Assembly (NCBI RefSeq): GCF_026571515.1
Contig: NW_026858506.1
Span: forward strand, 62,001-126,000
Length of the DNA stretch: 64,000 nucleotides
Source of the DNA: Ruditapes philippinarum
Taxonomy: Eukaryota
Direction: 5' to 3'
Part shown: piece after piece, positions 28,714 to 40,700 of the stretch
Position numbering within the stretch: position 1 is the first letter of the stretch
How the letters are laid out: every line of letters starts with the position of its first letter
Program-made: the position numbers and the translations under genes
The notes under the pieces: model-generated
What the model was told of the DNA's origin: nothing
The model's input: only the letters and a program-made list of their open reading frames with translations
The model's database searches: none

Positions 28714-29087
28714 TACGGCTGTCATTTAATATCGCTATATCATCCAATACAATATCGATACACACTTTCAAATATCAATAAAAGCTAAAATTTATTTACC
28801 GGTATATACCTCTCTATTTTGCCTAATAAGAGAAGTCACTTTTTTCAAGTTTTCTTGGCTAACTTTGTCTTATAATGAACTTAAAACTATTTTTCAAATG
28901 TCAGTGACAAAAATAACAGAAAAAACTTTCTGTTAGTTTGTAGTATTTGTAGTGTCTAATACAAGCATGCATAACACCATGATTCCAATTCATAATGCAT
29001 ATTTTAATGTTTTCATTTATCTACTTTCAAAGTCGATATTTGTCTCTTGATATATCAATACAAAATTTTCCATCAATGACAGCCCTA
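28714..29087. mobile_element. hAT-like MITE, 374 bp
   Basis: TIRs TACGGCTGTCATT / AATGACAGCCCTA (1 mismatch) and an 8-bp TSD gtacagac / gttcagac (7 of 8 match). Confidence 0.7.
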
Positions 29088-29974
29088 GTTCAGACAGAAA
29101 TATTTAGCTAGAGGGGAACTGATTAGGATAGGAAAGAGACTTGGTTGATTTTGAGCCACCTAGATATTTACACTAATACCTATATATTCTAACATTTATA
29201 AGTGATAATTGTGTTCTGTTTCTTATTCTGAAATATTTGCCTTTGGTTGATCATTTTCAGGTGGTATGTACTTGCAAATGATAATTTAAATAAAACTACT
29301 TTTGTTTTTATTTAGATTCAGCACAAAACAAGTAATTTGCATTTTATGTCACAACTTCACTCTTGTTTCAGTTTCTGTTTTTAAGCTTCTTTGTTTAAAT
29401 TAATATTAATTAAGTATTAAAATACATTTGTTTGTTTTTTCCAGCATACTCAAGATATTGAAGATTGGTTTGGAAACCCTACAGAAGGAATAAACAACAA
29501 AACAGAATTTTTTATTGGCCAGTGACTAAGTAAATGAAATGTCATACTCATTATAAATGTGAAATCAATGACTTTTGTTGACAATTTGAAAAAAAATACA
29601 ATATACTAACATATGGTATTGATATCCTTGCAATATTGAAAAAGTGTGATTGCAATTACTGACAAAAGTGATCTATTGAAGATCTTGAAAAGTGTAAAAA
29701 CTACAATGTAGGTGACAACATAACTAAGTAATAATCTTTGGAAGTGTGATTACTTATTACATCAGTGATAATCTTGGAAGACTCTTTATGATGTTTTTAT
29801 GACTTATTGTACATGAACTCATTCTTCATGAAATAAACTTTCATCCTGAATTCAATATTTTTTGTAAAATAAAAGTATAAACTCTCACACTGATTTATAT
29901 TGTTATCCACCATTAAAGATAAAGGTTTCTTTGTGATATTGCAAGGATATTTCAAGTTCAATTAAATATTGCTA

Positions 29975-31440
29975 CTGGTTCCTGAGATGGGGACGGTCTG
30001 TTACATCACAAAAAAATCAATTATTTGACCTTGAAAGTCAAGGTCATTTATGACTTAAGATCAATGTAAGTTTCATCATCTTGAAGGTCTACAATGTATC
30101 CACAAGGACAATTCATTCATGAATGATTAAGCTTTAGCCACTTTGGTACATTTTTGTGATATTTTCTAAGTTAAAAAAGACAAATAGTCAGAGTTATGAA
30201 ACTTGACACACAGATAAAGATGCATTGTAATTTTAATAATTTCCATATACTCATTGCAAAGTTTAATCGCCATTCCAAGCAAAAACAATTAACAAATTCA
30301 GTAATTGCATCTTTAAGGCCAAGGTCATTTAAAAGTCAAGGTCAAAGATAATTTGATCTTCATGAATGTCTTGTCCTAAAGGTTATTCAGTCTAATTATG
30401 AGACAATTCATTAATACAAAATTTGTAGTCAGTTACAGAAAAAAAGAGAGCAAAATTCAGTTATTTGACCTTAAAGCTCAAGGTCGTTTGTGACTCAAGG
30501 TCAGGGTAAGTCTGGTCATCTTAAAAGAACAATCCAGAGAATGTTATTCCATATATGAAATTCATTCATTAACACTAAAGTAGTAGCCACTTTGGTCGTT
30601 TTTTTTATGTGGAATATTCCTAAGCTAATAACAAGGGCCATCTGACAGTGATAACATGTGTCGCCTCATGATTGCCAGTCACATGTTGCAGCTACCAAGA
30701 GACCCAAAAATCATTAACTGGGCAAAACACTTTTTTATTCAAGGGCAATAACTCAGCTGAAAATCATTCAAGTGAAAAGTTTGTGTATTATCAATTTATG
30801 CACAAGTACTTGACCTACCTATCAATCCTGTAAAGTTTCATTGAAATTGCAGTAATTGTATAAGAGGAGTAGTCCTGACAAACTTTATTAACATCCTTTT
30901 CATTCAAGGGCCATAACATGGCCAAAAATCATTCAAGCGGGAAACTCGAGTAATTTGTGCTTGTGCAAGTACTTGACCTATCAATCAATCCTGAAAGTTT
31001 CTTGGAAATTGCATTAGTGGTATAATAGGAGTAGTCCCAGGGCTTGAGCTAGGTCAAATTTTTAGGGAGAAGTGACTTCTCCCTCCAGCTGATTTAGGGA
31101 GTAGTGAGGAGACTTTAGGGAGAAGTTGGGAGACATATAAGGCGTCATCGTCTGGAGAATTATAAGCTTAGAAACTTTACAAACCAGAAAAGAAATTAGA
31201 AACACTTCTCAAATACTGTCCGGACAAACTTTAAAAAAATATATAATTAAAGGGCCATAAATCCAACAAAATTTATTGAACCATAAAAGCTGATGATATG
31301 CACACAAGACTTGGACTGCGTTCATTGAATGCCGCCTTTCCTTGTCGATCTTGTTTATCATATTTTTTGGTACTGATCATTCCTGTAAATTTAGAAAGAA
31401 ATTGCACCAGTAGTTTTTGAGAAGTAGTCCAGCATGGGTA
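29975..31440. repeat. Decayed HINE/satellite-like remnants, interrupted by a hAT-like end (CAGGGCTT...) at about 31038-31215
   Basis: Recurrent ttatttgacctt..aaggtc units (about 30020, 30315, 30460) and aaggg(c/a)ataac..aaaatcattcaa..caagtacttgaccta..aggagtagtcc units (about 30740, 30905, 31250). Confidence 0.5.
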
Positions 31441-34400
31441 AAATGAACAAAAATTCCAGTCTGCTATGCAAGAATTTCCAGTCAGTATACTATAGGTATC
31501 CGGTGTAAGATCCTTATAAGAGTCTATGTACTTGGCTTACTTGCATACTTTAATAATTTACTACTTTTTGTCAATTTGTTCTTAGTGAAAGGAATCTGGC
31601 ATACTTGAATGACAGCTATTAAAAAATTATTAAAAATATATTGTGTGAACACAGCTGAAGTCATTACTTTGACATAAATTAAACATAAGGATGGCTAATA
31701 CAATGATTTCCCCCCCTACATTTTACAGCCAAAAAGGCTGTTTCCCCTAGCCCAAAATAAGTATATTTTCCCCTAAAAGTGTTAATAATATTTTCCCCTT
31801 AAATGCCCTGTGCACTTTTTTACCAAAACCATGACTTAACAGCATCTCACTTATATCTGACAGCTGTCCCTATAGATAGCCTGGCTGACTTATATCAATA
31901 ACCTCTCCCTATAAATAGCCTCTGCTATGTACCATGCATGTTAAATTGAATTGAAAAGTGAAAATTTTATCAAATGTGAATTTGATGTCACTAGATTTCC
32001 CTGTTTTCTGGTAAATCACACTATATTTTCCCCTTCAGAAAGCCACAGGTTGTTTTTAAAATTGGAAAAAAAATCACTGTGATACATTGACAGATTTGTT
32101 TTAATGGCTTCAAAGATATTTGTTATTGAATCAAATAAGAAAGTTATAGCACAGGAATCTGATTATAATAACCATATGCAAGCCACAATTATTCTTTTAA
32201 TCATTTTACTATGGTGGTTATTTTTGCTCAGTTCCCTTACTGACTACTAAAGTGACAGGTTTACAGTATCATGTGTAAAGGCTGGTATGCACAGTAATTC
32301 AGGTGCTCTCAATATAAAATGAAAGCTAAATAAATTATAGATTACAGTAAAGTAGTATCTACTTTAGCCCAAAACTACAAATGAAGCTTTGAGAAAAAAT
32401 CTGCAATGTAATATTCAGTTCAATTTACACATGAAAACTACAAATTTTATGTGTCCATAAGCCATGTCATAGTGCCAATGGCATATTTATATACTTAAAT
32501 ACATATTATATGTATATAAGATATTTCATAAAGATTGTGTTCTATCAATGAGACAAAACTGTTTGTTGTAATTATACTGTTTAATTTATCATAGTACATT
32601 ACTACAGTTATGTTGCTTGCAAACAAATAAATAAAATTGTTTTGATCCTTCAGATTCATGCTGGTTAATAATGCATGTAATGTAAGGATACACCACATAG
32701 TAATAATGATTTGCCATAGTTGAATAAAAATATTCGACAAGAATTTTTTTCACAATCATTTACAAACTGTTGATGAAATCCTTTTATTTTTTTCCATTGT
32801 AAATTTCATTACTGATTAGTTGATTATGTAGAGGAAAAATATAATTAAAAAGCCTTTCTTGAATAAAAACACATGAAAACAACCACTTTTTTACCAAAAT
32901 TACATAACACATAGTGAATATGTTAACATGTCAAAACAACTTTAATGAACCTTTATTTTAATATATATTATTTTTCTTGTAAATATACTCTTACAATGAA
33001 GTTACTCTTTGATAAATTCAAAATAATTGAAGGCCTTATATTATGAGTTCAAACATTGTCATTGTTCTTGTCAATTATTTTTTAAAATGTTCATGTCCTT
33101 TTCCTTCAGTTAATTTAACTAAGACCAGTCATACTGAAACAATTGTTCTTTATCATTTATTTTATTCCCTTGTGTCAATGATCTTCATTTAATCAAATAC
33201 CAAATGAAAGAACATCAATTACTTAAATTTGCAATAGAGAATAATTAACATACTATTGTATTTTTTGATATCAATTTTATCAGACAAAGCTGATATGAGC
33301 TTGTTTATGTCATATATAATAAATTAAAAGCAGACATAACAGCAACAAAATAGAGAAAATAAAGAATCCCTAAAGAAAGCCCATCATGGTAAAATTATAA
33401 AATGTTGCATGCTTGGTTTGATTGTGCCTGTTCATGGACGGTACTGTCAAGTGCAAACCACTGTCCACGCCCCCTTGGCTTAAGCAGAATTCAACATTTA
33501 ACATGAACTGGTACAACTTTGAATTTTGAAACATCCGCAGATGTGTTCATATGGCCGTCATCATGGAACCTTCAATGTGACACGTAAGTGTCATTCCATG
33601 AAAAGCGGCATATGATCCCCAAGTAAAAAAATGCGTGTGCCCTAAACGAGAAAACAATGGGAGGAACTAAATAAAATGGAATTTCGAAAGGGGATCAGAG
33701 GTTATGAGTCTATGATTTTAAGGAATTTCTTTTTTGTTTGAGTTTTTATTCTCTAGGGCAGTAAACCATGCAATAAATGATAGTAACCAATGTCTTAAAT
33801 GTTTAAATAAAATAAGCTAACATACTGAAGTCCATAATTTAATTTATCTATTAGTATTATAATTGCATGAATGATAAAAACATTAATTAATGATATTGTA
33901 TTTGTTAAAACACTATTTACTTATTTTTTCTATATACGGTATGTATATTTAACTTTTTGATCTTGTAACTATGAACTATGCAAATAAAAATAAGTAAATT
34001 ATTGTAAACAAAATTAAGAAACAAGATAATATTAAACATGGAAGGCTACATGTACATGTATGATGTATATACGGTATATACCTTGGACTTTATAAGTTGA
34101 TAGTGTTTAAAATTAATAAAATTTGGCAATTGTCCAATAACCCCCTTGCAACACGGCTTTTTAATTTGTTACAAAGATGGGTTTTTTTTTTCAGAAAAAA
34201 ATATCAACTTCCAACAATTTACCAAAAAGGCAAAATGTGCACGAAGTAACCAGGGGACGAATAATTTGAGTTATTGACTCGAAATTCAGAAAATAGTCAA
34301 ATGTATCGTCAAGAAATCAATTAGGAGTGAAACAATGGTTCTTGTATAAACATGCTATTACGTATGTTTAATCATATCGGCCTAATTTATCAGTAAAATA

Positions 34401-35353
34401 GTAAACACTTACCCTACTTTCACTTTGTAATTTCGGAAAATTTCGAAGCGAGTTAGGTAAACAAGAACGACATGCGAATGAAACTGATATTGTTTAAAAA
34501 ACGTCAGTCTCAAACCATGTCACTAGTGTTAAACCCACAATCGTTTTCCTCTGCCTTCGTCCTATGATGATTGTCCGAATAATTCCATGAAATACAACAA
34601 ATATCCATGAAAGGTCTGAATCGTCGCGCATTTCCTGCTCTAGGTCAGCCATCTTGTTTTTGTTACTATTTTTAGCACAGTCAGTGCTCTCCAGTCGGTA
34701 ATTACAAATAGAAAAACTGCTATTAAACGAAATTTTCGCCTTAGGATAAAATTTAAGTTAAGGAATTTCTTGCCTAAGGAATTCACTTAAGGGATTTTTG
34801 ACCTCTAAGTTAAGGGAAAATTTTACCTTAGGGAGTTTTCTTGAAGATAAGGAAATGTTTCCCTTAAAACTTAAGATCCTTTATGAATACGGCCCCAGAT
34901 CAACACCTTAATAGGATTTCTAAACTGTACCATTCAAGGCCGTAACTTCATGAATAATAATGAATTCATCATCCAAATATATATGCTTTTTTCAAAATTG
35001 TACCAAGGGCAATAACTCTATATTGTATACTCTAATTATCAATACAACACTTAAATATATAAGCTATTTCAAAATTGTATCAATGGCAATAATTCTACAA
35101 ATATGCAGTTAGGCACATAAATGCTAGTTAAGGAGCCCATACCTTTATATAATAATTAGTTCAACATTTCATGCTATTCCTTAACCGGACCATCACTTTC
35201 AATATAAACACGTAAATACCTTTAATGCTGTTTAAAAACTTGATCAAGGGCAATAACTCTGCCATCAGTTCAAAACTCAAAGGGGTTAAACGGAGTGTTA
35301 CATACAGAAGTGCAAAATGGGATGGCAGTCCGAGGAAATATAAGAATACATAC

Positions 35354-35527
35354 TTTTGTTTAGCTACAAGCAGCAGATCACTAAAGAGGAACAGGTAACG
35401 GTCCTGCGTCTGCATCCCACGGGAAAACTCCACAATTCCCTCCATAAGGTACTGTCGGTTGAAATTGTTGTTAGTCCGTGAGGGACGGAAAAATTCCATG
35501 TCCTTTTTCCCCATGCTTGGTGTTGGT
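35354..35527 (-). CDS. ARHGAP20: Coding exon, 174 nt, start of PH domain: PTPSMGKKDMEFFRPSRTNNNFNRQYLMEGIVEFSRGMQTQDRYLFLFSDLLLVAKQ(K)
   Basis: Acceptor cttattatttcAG, donor AA|GTATGT, phase 2 to 2. Contains the classic PH signature RYLFLFSDLLLVAK and overlaps ORF 35161..35514. Confidence 0.95.
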
Positions 35528-35620
35528 CTGAAATAATAAGAACAGGTGTGTGATAATTAAAGCATTGCAAAAATAAAGCATAAGAAAGAATTTCTCCTTT
35601 TTTTTTCTGAACATAAATAT

Positions 35621-37553
35621 AACAAGATATGTTTGTAAAACATGTATGCCCCCTATCAGCAGCCAATTATTCATGTGATAAGGTAATTATGCATGACTTC
35701 TGACCCAGTGATCAAACAATTAATAAGGGTTATCAAGTATCTACTGGTCATGACCTTGACCTTTGACCCCTTGACCCAAAACTCAATAGGGGTCATCTGC
35801 TGGTCAAGACCAATCATCATACAAAGTTTGAAGTTCCTAGGCCTAAGCGTTTTTAGTTAATTGATCAGAAACCGTTTTTACTTACAAGGTCAATGTGACC
35901 TTGACCTTTGACCCCTTGACCCCAAAATCAATAGGGGTCATTTGCTGGTCATGACTAATCACCATGCCAAGTTTGAAGTTCCTAAGCCTAAGGGTTCTTT
36001 TATTATTGATCCGAAACCGTTTTAACATACAAGGTCAATGTGACCTTGACCTTTGACCCCAAAATCAATAGGGGTCATCTGCTGATCATGACCAATCACT
36101 ATGCCAAGTTTGAAGTTCCTAGGCCGAAGCGTTCTTTAGTTATTGATCAGAAACTGTTTTTACTTACAAGGTCAATGTGACCTTGACCTTTGACCCTTGA
36201 TCCCAAAATCGAAAGGGGAAATCTGCTGGTCATGAAAAATCACCATACCAAGTTTGAAGTTCCTAGGCCTAAGCGTTCTTAAGTTATTGATCAGAAACCG
36301 TTTTTACTTAAAAGGTCGATGTGACCTTGACCTTTGACCCCTTGACCCAAAACTCAATAGGGGTCATCTGCTGGTCACCACCAATCATCATACAAAGTTT
36401 GAAGTTCCTAGGCCTAAGCGTTTTTAGTTAATTGATCGGAAACCGTTTTTACCTACAAGGTCAATGTTACATGACCTTTGACCCCTTGACCCTAAAAACA
36501 ATAGGTCATCTGCTGGTCATGACCAATCACCATACCAAGTTTGAAGTTCCTAGGCCTTAGGGTTCTTTAGTTATTGATCGGAAACCGTTTTTGCCTACAA
36601 GGTCAATGTGACCTTGACCTTTGACCCCTTGACCCCAAAATCAATAGGGGTCATCTACTTGTCATGACCAATCACCATACCAAGTTTGAAGTTCCTAGGC
36701 CTAAGGGTTCTTTAGTTATTGATCGGAAACTGCTTTTACCTAAAAGGTCAATGTGACCTTGACCTTTGACCCCTTGACCCCAAAATCAATAGGGGTCATC
36801 TACCGATCATGACCAATCACCATATCAAGTTTGAAGTCCCTAGGCTAAGGGTTCTTTCGTTATTGATCGGAAACCGTTTTTACCTACAAGGTCAATGTGA
36901 CCTTGACCTTTGACCCCTTAACCCCAAAATCAATAGGGGTCATCTACTGATAATGACCAATCACCATATCAAGTTTGAAGTCCCTAGGCCTAAGGGTTCT
37001 TTCGTTATTGATCGGAAACTGTTTTTACCTACAAGGTCAATGTGACCTTGATCTTTGACCAACTTAACCCCAAAATCAATAGGGGTCATCTGCTGGTCAT
37101 AACCAATCACCATACCAAGTTTGAAGTTCCTAGGCCTAAGGGTTCTTTTGTTATTGATCGGAAACCGTTTTTACCCAAGAGGTCAATGTGACCTTGACCT
37201 TTGACCCCAAAATCAATAGGGGTCATCTACTGATCATGACCAATCACCATACCAAGTTTGAAGTTCCTAGGCCTTAAGGTTCTTTACTTATTGATCGGAA
37301 ACCGTTTTTTGCTTACAAGGTCAATGTGACCTTGACCTTTGACCCCTTGACCCCAAAATCAATAGGGGTCATCTACTTGTCATGACCAATCACCATACCA
37401 AGTTTGAAGTTCCTAGGCCTAAGGGTTCTTTAGTTATCACTCGGAAACCATTTGGTCTACGGACCGAAGGACCGACGGACCGACAGACCGACGGACCGAC
37501 GGACCGACAAGTGCAAAGCAATATACCCCCTTTTCTTCGAAATGGGGGCATAA
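35621..37553 (-). mobile_element. HINE element, copy 2 (same family and orientation), about 12 units of ~144 bp
   Basis: Termini are near-identical to copy 1 (aacaagatatgtttgtaaaacatgtatgccccc ... cttcgaaatgggggcataa). The GGAC/CGAC microsatellite at about 37460-37508 is longer. Confidence 0.88.
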
Positions 37554-37584
37554 TTATCTTTATTTTATTGTACATAAATCATTA

Positions 37585-37780
37585 CTAAGTTTACGAATGT
37601 ACAAGTTTATCTTAGTCTGATTGTATTGGAAACAATCTCGAACCAACCAGTATTAAGCAGTGAGTGTAAAGTTTCTTAATCATGGAAAAAAATGGCTTGC
37701 CCTCGACGGGATTTGAACCCACTTGGCCAGCAATCCTTAGATTAGTTATTCAATGCATTAACCACCTGGCCATGCATCCA
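37585..37780 (-). mobile_element. tRNA-derived SINE (decayed)
   Basis: Minus-strand head with TGGCCAGGTGGTTAA (A box) and GGGTTCAAATCCCG (B box). The core aagaaactttacactcactgcttaatactggttggttc resembles the copies at about 39500 and 46545. Confidence 0.6.
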
Positions 37781-40700
37781 CTTCCATTACTTGTACATGT
37801 ATCTATTTATCTAACCCTTTCCCTGCTGGAACTAATAGTGATTAGTCTTTACCACAAGTATAGAGCCAGGCCATGCTGTACACTCATGCAATCTGTCCAG
37901 ACTCTATACTGTTGGCTGAATTGACTTAAAATTTTTGTCTTGATTGGGAGCTGGGCAAGTCCATTTAAGAAATAAGTAGTTAAATTGTAAGGAAGCAAAA
38001 TATTCTGACTTTTGTCCGAACAGTTTGTAATTGATGTCAATTCTTATATATAAACTATTTATTTTTTAATGAACACAACAAGGGCATGACATGGTTTTGA
38101 CCTAGTTTTCTTGTTAATTCTATGACCAAAAATAAATGTGAAGTACATAATGAATGATATCGATGTATAATGTTAACAAAAAGGCTTTCAAGTCTTTCAT
38201 TAACATTTCTTTAAATATTATGATTAATTGGGCAAACTTTAAATATTGACAATACATCATCTTAGTTTGTTTTATGTGCATTTAAATTCATTATAACACA
38301 TGTGAAGATAGCGAAGTTCCCTTTTCATATTTTACTTTTGTAGAAATTTTAATGTGACATGCATATTGAGTCAATCTTAAAGGAACTCCACTGAGGTCCA
38401 AAAGGCATGAAAATATAAAATTAGAAAAATATTATCAAGTGAAGCATATAAAATGGAAAAATGTACAAAGGCCAAAAAAGAATCAACTTTTGTGTGATTC
38501 TTAGCCGGATTTGAGTGAAAAGCGTACATTGCAACTGTTTTATTTTTGGGTCGTTTTGCACAATTAAAAAAAATATTCCGGTAAAATGGGTTAGGGAACA
38601 ACCTGAAAATTTGCACACAAGTTAATGGTCTAGACTTTCATCTATAATGCACGGTACACAGATCTTGGAAAAATATTTCCTGTTCTGTCATGTCAAAAAA
38701 GCTAAGTCGAGTCCCTTTATGACTTGTTTCTCATACATGTATTCAAAAAGAAAAAAAAAGTTAGTTACCAAAGATGATGCAGAATTTAGTCTTCTTATAA
38801 ACAGTCCAATATTTCACATGTTCTTTATTTTTTAACGAGAGTGTTCAATGTTAAACCACCATTTTGTTAAATTAAGTCCATAGTAACAGAAACCATGAGC
38901 AAATGTTATTGTCCGACACTTTTAATATGCGTTATCCTATATTTGATCACTTTTCATATAATTATATATTTTTTTATCACAACAATTTATCATTTCATCA
39001 TTCTCCATTTGAATGAAGCGTGATGTTTAAAGGATGATCCATGAATTTATTATTTTGTAACAAAAAATAAATCGAGAAATATCTCAATGGAATTGTTCAT
39101 CACCGTCCATGACCTTTCACAGTGAATTGTCAACAAGGCTTTATTCAAAAGATTTTCAAAAGAGTTTCATTGACTTAGTGGGTGGATAAAAAAAGACGTA
39201 TAAAAAAATTCTTATTTGAAGAAACCCGTGAATTTCAAGTGTTGAAACCTCTTTAAATAGGATTTAAAACCGATTAGGAGTTATTTAAACTTGAACATAG
39301 TTGCTGTTTAGTTTGTAAAGTACTGTAAAACCTTTGTAACAATGGCTTTCCAAAGGACTAGAATATACATTCGGCACTTTTTTGGGGATGGCAATTGGCC
39401 AACTGGTTACTGTCATCAGACTAATAATCTATAGATCACTATTCACATAAGCCCAAACCATGTCAGGGACAAGTCGGCTGCCGCTGTTTCTTTGAGCCAG
39501 AAACTGTACACTCATTGCTCAGTACTGACTGGTTTCAGGGTTTTAATGAAAATTGAGAATATGTCTAAATTAACTCAAAGCTTCCTTCGCAGTCAAACTA
39601 AAATATTTTCTGTATAAACTAAACAAGTAAATCTTTATATCAGTGTAGAAATTCATTGCATAAGAATCTTTAATAAGAAGAATAAGATTATGTCAGAAAA
39701 GTATGAGGAAGGAAAGAATGACTGATTTAAATTTATCAAATTCATTTCCTTGAACATTCTGCACAAACTTCTGCTTGTTTCCATAGAATGGGTCTCTGTT
39801 CACTGATTTTATGCAACAATACCTATAACAGTATAATGCTTGTTAGAGTGTGCGACCCTGCTGACTTTTGTCTGAGAATTGCGCCATTGATTTCAAAAAA
39901 TTAAAAATTCCCCAGCACGCACTTCTTTAATTTAATTTTCAAACAAAACAATTGATATGAAATAAAAAATTCCCATGATGCTGACTTTGTTAGATTCATT
40001 ACTGTCTTCATAAACAACTTTTTGCACCTTTGATTTATCATAATGAACTATGGTACTTTTGTATTAAACAACTTACGTATTCAACTTGCGCTATTTCTGT
40101 CACTGAATTGGTAATAAATAAATTTTCATTTTAGAAACTGCATCCAATAGAATATTATGAATAATTTCGATGTTTATTTTATAATTTTAAGTGAAAATCT
40201 CAGTGTGGAGTGCACTTAAACAAATCAATTAACATAAAATTAGATCTAACGAGTTTCAATCCAAATTAAAATTCAAACGATTAAAATGAAACCATGTGTT
40301 TTTATTTCCCAGTCTATCATCATATATTGTTCACCGCTTATTAAAATGATTTACGTTTGACGTATTTGGCTGCGTTCCACGCTGATTTATGAACAGTAAC
40401 AAATTATAAATATATATACGCCCTACCTCTAAAGAAAAGAGTTGAAGCAGTTTAAGAAAATTAAGAAAATATATCTGTCAATACATGTGACACGAAAATT
40501 AGCAGAGAAATTTCAACAATAAAAGCCTATATGATACTCATTATATCATTTAATAAACTAGAATTAATTTCACCATAACATGTCAACAGTTACTATTTTT
40601 GGCATAAAGCAAAAGTTTACAAAAAATTTACATTATCTCTTTTTTGATTTACTTTGACATTATAACATTAACTAGATCAATCTGCTGTCCAGCTAAACAT

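Larger units (their letters stand above)
24409..34895. mobile_element. Large PIF/Harbinger-like DNA transposon, decayed and non-autonomous, with nested insertions
   Basis: Perfect 17-bp TIRs GGGCCGTATTCATAAAG / CTTTATGAATACGGCCC and a 3-bp TSD CAG (24406-24408, 34896-34898). Clusters of subterminal TTCCCTTA/TAAGGGAA repeats at about 24428-24642 and 34740-34875. A CWG TSD with GGG termini is typical of animal Harbinger elements. No intact transposase was seen. Confidence 0.82.

Noticed and set aside
31701-32079. hAT-like MITE with CAATGATTT / AAATCACTG ends (similarly about 19349-19520)
   Set aside because: The TIRs are short and mismatched with no TSD; probably a relic, but not demonstrable.
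38377-39190. Possible Kolobok-type element starting TTAA|AGGAACTCCAC (similar candidates near 1037-1456 and 40893)
   Set aside because: I could not pair convincing TIRs with a second TTAA, so the boundaries are unsupported.
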